In this document: positions 60,846 to 64,000 of the stretch, piece by piece
Layout of the letters: each line of letters starts with the position of its first letter
How positions within the stretch are numbered: the stretch's first letter is position 1
IMG/VR virus record: IMGVR_UViG_3300046717_000225
Location: 1-64,000 of that record
Strand: one strand, 5' to 3'
Length of the DNA: 64,000 bases
DNA from: a virus
Taxonomy: Duplodnaviria; Caudoviricetes
The notes under the pieces: model-generated
Told to the model about the DNA's origin: nothing
Databases searched by the model: none
The model's input: only the letters and a program-made list of their open reading frames with translations
Position numbers and translations under genes: made by a program

Positions 60846-62608
60846 TGCCTGTCTCCCCGGCGCAGGCTGCGCAGGTGCCCGACTTCTGGGCCGTGTTCGG
60901 GCACAGCTACATGCAGTACGCCTTCGGCACGTACACCCAGAACGGCCGGGCGGACGCCCTGTTCTTCGCCTCCATGGACACTGAAGCCACCAACCGCCGC
61001 AACTGGGCCGTGAACGGGAGCCGGGCCTGCATCGAGGGCGCGAGCACCGGGGGCTTCCGCCGGTTCTTCAACGGAGCCAAGAAGCCCCAGCGCGGCGCCC
61101 CGTACACGGCGGACGGGGGCGCGGCCCTGTTCTGCTGGGGCATCAACGACCTCGGCCTGGCCGGGTTCACGACCCAGTTCAAGACCGCCTACGCGCACGC
61201 CATGCGGACCTGCATCAGCCGCTGGCGCATGGCGGTCATCTATGAGAACGGCTTCCAGGTCGGCACCCGGACCAGTTACGGCGCCGGGTTTGGGGCGGTC
61301 GCCGCCGTCGGCTACACCTCGGGGGACAGCGCGCACTGGTGCACCGCGACCACGAACGCCAACTTCACCCTCACCCTGCCGAGCGACTACAACGGCGAGG
61401 TCGTGTCGGTCTGCCTGGTCGGGGCCGGGGGCGTGTCCGGGGGCATCGTCACCTGGGGCGGCACGGCCGGCGTCTCCGGCACCACGAGCACAAGCAACAT
61501 CCTGCCCAGCTCGGCCGTGAGTCACTGCCCGGTCACCGTCCGCTTCTCCGGCCTCACTTCCGCCAACGCCGGGCAGACCATCACCGGCACGGTGAACACG
61601 CTCGACGCCGGCGGAGCGGTGATGTTCGACTACTGGGGGCTGGAGTCCAAGTACCCGGCACCGGTCGTCTGCTGCAACACGGCCCGCCTCCCCGCAGCCG
61701 GCTATACGGCCAACTACCCCAGCTGGACCGGGACCGAAGCCAGCCGGGACCAGGACGTCCTCGACCTGAACAGCAACCTGGCCTCGGTGGTGGCCGAATT
61801 CGACGGCATGGTCCAGATAGCCGACATGGACTCCGTGGTGAGCAAGGACGCCACCCTCCTGGCCAGCGACAGCCTGCACCCCAACGAGTACGGGGCGGCA
61901 GCCATCGTGGACGCCATCCAGGCCGCGCGCAAGCGCCTGAGCCCCACCTCTCCCAGCCAGACCCGGAACCTGAACGTCCCGGCGCCCCGGGCGGGCGGGA
62001 CCCGCCGTCCCCGCCGGTCGGGCCTGTGGTACACGGCGGACAACGTGCCGCCCCCAGCCGCCACCACAGCCGCGACCATCGTCGCCGGGGACCTGTGGGC
62101 CATCCCGGTCCAGGTGACCGAAGCCCGTGAGTTCTGGAACCGCCTGGCCCTCGAACTGGCCACGACCGTGGCAGCCGCCGGCTCCGTCCGCTGGGGGATC
62201 TACGACGACGTCGGCTGGGACGCGTACCCCGGGGAACTCGTTGCCGAGCCCACGGCCGCGAGCGGCGCCCTGTCCACAGGGACAGCCGCAGGTGCGGTAT
62301 TCAGTCCGACGTCGGGCAACGGGTCGTTCCAGACAGTCATGGACCCGGGCCTGTACTGGATCGGCCTGCTGATCGTGACCATTGGCACCCCGGTGGTCCT
62401 GCGGTCCATCCAGGGGCCGAACGGCGTCATGTCCAACACGACGACAACCGGTGCCCTGGGGGCGATGACCCTCGCGACGATGCCCAACGGATACAAGCTC
62501 ACAGGGCAGGCGACGACAGCCATGCCCACCAGCTTTCCGGCGAGCGCGGTCGCGACGGCGAACGCACCGTACGTCGGCTTCCAGGTCAACATCAACGCGA
62601 CGAACTGA
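60845..62608 (+). CDS. SGNH/GDSL hydrolase-domain virion protein
   Basis: blocks FGHSY, AVNGS, WGIND, DSLHPN, with inserted and C-terminal beta domains. Confidence 0.8.
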   Translation: MPVSPAQAAQVPDFWAVFGHSYMQYAFGTYTQNGRADALFFASMDTEATNRRNWAVNGSRACIEGASTGGFRRFFNGAKKPQRGAPYTADGGAALFCWGINDLGLAGFTTQFKTAYAHAMRTCISRWRMAVIYENGFQVGTRTSYGAGFGAVAAVGYTSGDSAHWCTATTNANFTLTLPSDYNGEVVSVCLVGAGGVSGGIVTWGGTAGVSGTTSTSNILPSSAVSHCPVTVRFSGLTSANAGQTITGTVNTLDAGGAVMFDYWGLESKYPAPVVCCNTARLPAAGYTANYPSWTGTEASRDQDVLDLNSNLASVVAEFDGMVQIADMDSVVSKDATLLASDSLHPNEYGAAAIVDAIQAARKRLSPTSPSQTRNLNVPAPRAGGTRRPRRSGLWYTADNVPPPAATTAATIVAGDLWAIPVQVTEAREFWNRLALELATTVAAAGSVRWGIYDDVGWDAYPGELVAEPTAASGALSTGTAAGAVFSPTSGNGSFQTVMDPGLYWIGLLIVTIGTPVVLRSIQGPNGVMSNTTTTGALGAMTLATMPNGYKLTGQATTAMPTSFPASAVATANAPYVGFQVNINATN

Positions 62609-62611
62609 GGG

Positions 62612-63412
62612 ATGGCCATGGCTCTGGACGTCGGGCCCTGCTCCGACTGGGTTCCTTACTGGACCTGTGACGACGTACTCACGGCGTCCCCGGCCCTGAC
62701 CGGCTACGCCGTGAACGCGGCCACCCGCGTGCTCTGGTCCCTGTCGGGCCGGCGCTTCGGCACGTGCCAGGCGACGCTGCGGCCCTGTCGCCGGGAGTGC
62801 TACACGGACTTCCCGCTGGGCTGGAGCCAGTGGGACCGGGCGTCGCAGGGCAACTTCGTCTGGAGCGACTACCGGTACTGGTTCCCGCTCGGCTGCGGCT
62901 CGTGCGAGGGCAGCTGCTCGTGCACGCGGATCTCCGAGACCGTGCTGCCCGTGCCCGTGAACACGGTCGTCCAGGTGAAGGTGGACGGGACCCCACTCGT
63001 GACCGGCGCGTACCGGGTCGACAACAACCGCCTCCTGGTGCGGACGGACGGGCAGGTCTGGCCCCGGTGCAACGACCTGAACAAGGACGACACCCAGGCC
63101 GGAACCTGGTCCGTCACGGCCACGTACGGGGAGGACGTCCCCCAGTCGGCCCGGTTCGCCGTGGGCGAGCTGGCCTGTGAGATCATCAAGGCGGCCACCG
63201 GGACGGACTGCCGCCTGCCCCCGGGCATCACCAGCCTGGCCCGGCAGGGCGTCAACATCTCCATCCCCGACTTCGGCGACCTGCTCAAGGACGGCCGGAC
63301 GGGGTTGTACCTGGTGGACATGTTCCTGGTCACGGAGAACCCGCACCGGCTCCAGCAGCGGGGCCGGGTGTTCAGCGTGGACCACCCGAGCGTACGGAGG
63401 ACGGGCACATGA
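62612..63412 (+). CDS. head-to-tail adaptor
   Basis: LWSLSGRRFG.C, YRVDN..LVRTDG..WP.C, CRLP...RQGV. Confidence 0.75.
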   Translation: MAMALDVGPCSDWVPYWTCDDVLTASPALTGYAVNAATRVLWSLSGRRFGTCQATLRPCRRECYTDFPLGWSQWDRASQGNFVWSDYRYWFPLGCGSCEGSCSCTRISETVLPVPVNTVVQVKVDGTPLVTGAYRVDNNRLLVRTDGQVWPRCNDLNKDDTQAGTWSVTATYGEDVPQSARFAVGELACEIIKAATGTDCRLPPGITSLARQGVNISIPDFGDLLKDGRTGLYLVDMFLVTENPHRLQQRGRVFSVDHPSVRRTGT

Positions 63413-63909
63413 TCAGTGGAGCGCTGCGCTGGTACACCGTGGGCGGGTATCTCATGGTCGCCGTCCGGGATGGCCTCACGGTACCCGTGGCCCGCTCCGG
63501 GCAGGTGCCCGGGGAGATCGCATGGGACGAGTGCTGTGACGGCATGCTCGCCGTCGCCGCCCCGCGTGCCTACTTCTCCGAGGAGTTCCCGGCCGAGGCC
63601 GAGAGCACGATCGGCATCCTGTGCCAGGCGCCGTACGAGGTCGGCGAGTTCACGGTCACCGTGCTGCGCTGCGCCCCGGTGCCCGACGGACAGGCCGTCG
63701 CGCCCACGGCGGCCGAGCTGGACGCTTCTGCCGCGCTGCTGCTCCAGGACATGGCCGAGACGATGGACGCCGTGGCGGCTGTGCTGTGCTCCCTCAAGGC
63801 GAGCGACCTGATCAGTGACTACCTGCTCACCCCGGCCGAGGCCGCCGGTCCGGAGGGCGGCTGCGTCGGGCTCAACCTGCGGGTGCTCGTAGGTCTGGAG
63901 CGTGCGTGA
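63409..63909 (+). CDS. neck/tail-terminator protein
   Basis: EIAWDECC, VLRCAP, GPEGGCVG. Confidence 0.6.
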   Translation: MISGALRWYTVGGYLMVAVRDGLTVPVARSGQVPGEIAWDECCDGMLAVAAPRAYFSEEFPAEAESTIGILCQAPYEVGEFTVTVLRCAPVPDGQAVAPTAAELDASAALLLQDMAETMDAVAAVLCSLKASDLISDYLLTPAEAAGPEGGCVGLNLRVLVGLERA

Positions 63910-64000
63910 TGGCCACGGTCAAGGTGAAGATCGACGACGCTGCGGTGGACAGGATGCTGCGCAGTTCCGGCGGACCGGTGGGCCGGGACCTCCAGCGCCG
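63909..64000 (+). CDS. neck/minor tail protein (partial)
   Basis: MATVKVKIDDAAVDRMLRSSGGPVGRDL; TGATG overlap. Confidence 0.55.
   Translation, partial: MATVKVKIDDAAVDRMLRSSGGPVGRDLQR

Noticed and set aside
50379-63385. Long antisense or off-frame ORFs (e.g. 50379-52835, 53815-56238, 58455-60089, 60674-63385; also 7870-9783, 20087-21667, 30237-32219)
   Set aside because: Shadow frames of high-GC3 genes: Arg/Pro/Gly-rich, no motifs, no RBS.
1-64000. Host chromosomal genes or prophage boundary
   Set aside because: No housekeeping genes, rRNA or att-like direct repeat seen; phage-type genes run off both edges.

Overview
This ~70% GC window is a contiguous piece of a tailed actinobacteriophage genome, very probably from a Streptomyces host and possibly a phage-plasmid. 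No integrase and no host genes are visible. 1-16.4 kb (mostly minus strand): small accessory genes, a WYL protein, a glycosylation block (NDP-sugar epimerase, three GT2-like glycosyltransferases, SAM methyltransferase, secreted GH16-like hydrolase) and, unexpectedly, a Streptomyces plasmid-type conjugation module (Spd-like, TraA-like, FtsK-like TraB) with dense DNA repeats. 16.4-33 kb: replication and recombination genes (RuvC, SSB-like, PD-(D/E)xK exonuclease, SF2 helicase, C5 methyltransferase) plus a 1430-aa primase-helicase-PolA fusion containing a putative origin. 33.4-38.7 kb: a base-hypermodification operon (ParB-like, aGPT-pyrophosphorylase/amino acid:DNA transferase, fold-II PLP enzyme, P-loop kinase, TET/JBP dioxygenase); a GIY-YIG endonuclease sits inside the 5' end of the dioxygenase gene. 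38.7-64 kb: packaging, lysis and virion genes (Rpf-NlpC/P60-LysM lysin, terminase, holin, portal, 2H-phosphoesterase/MuF/protease fusion, capsid, tail, SGNH esterase, head-tail adaptors). A circularly permuted tRNA-Pro(GGG)-like element lies right after the terminase gene. All family assignments come from motifs recognised by eye, not from database searches. Most other ORFs in the supplied track are GC-rich shadow frames.
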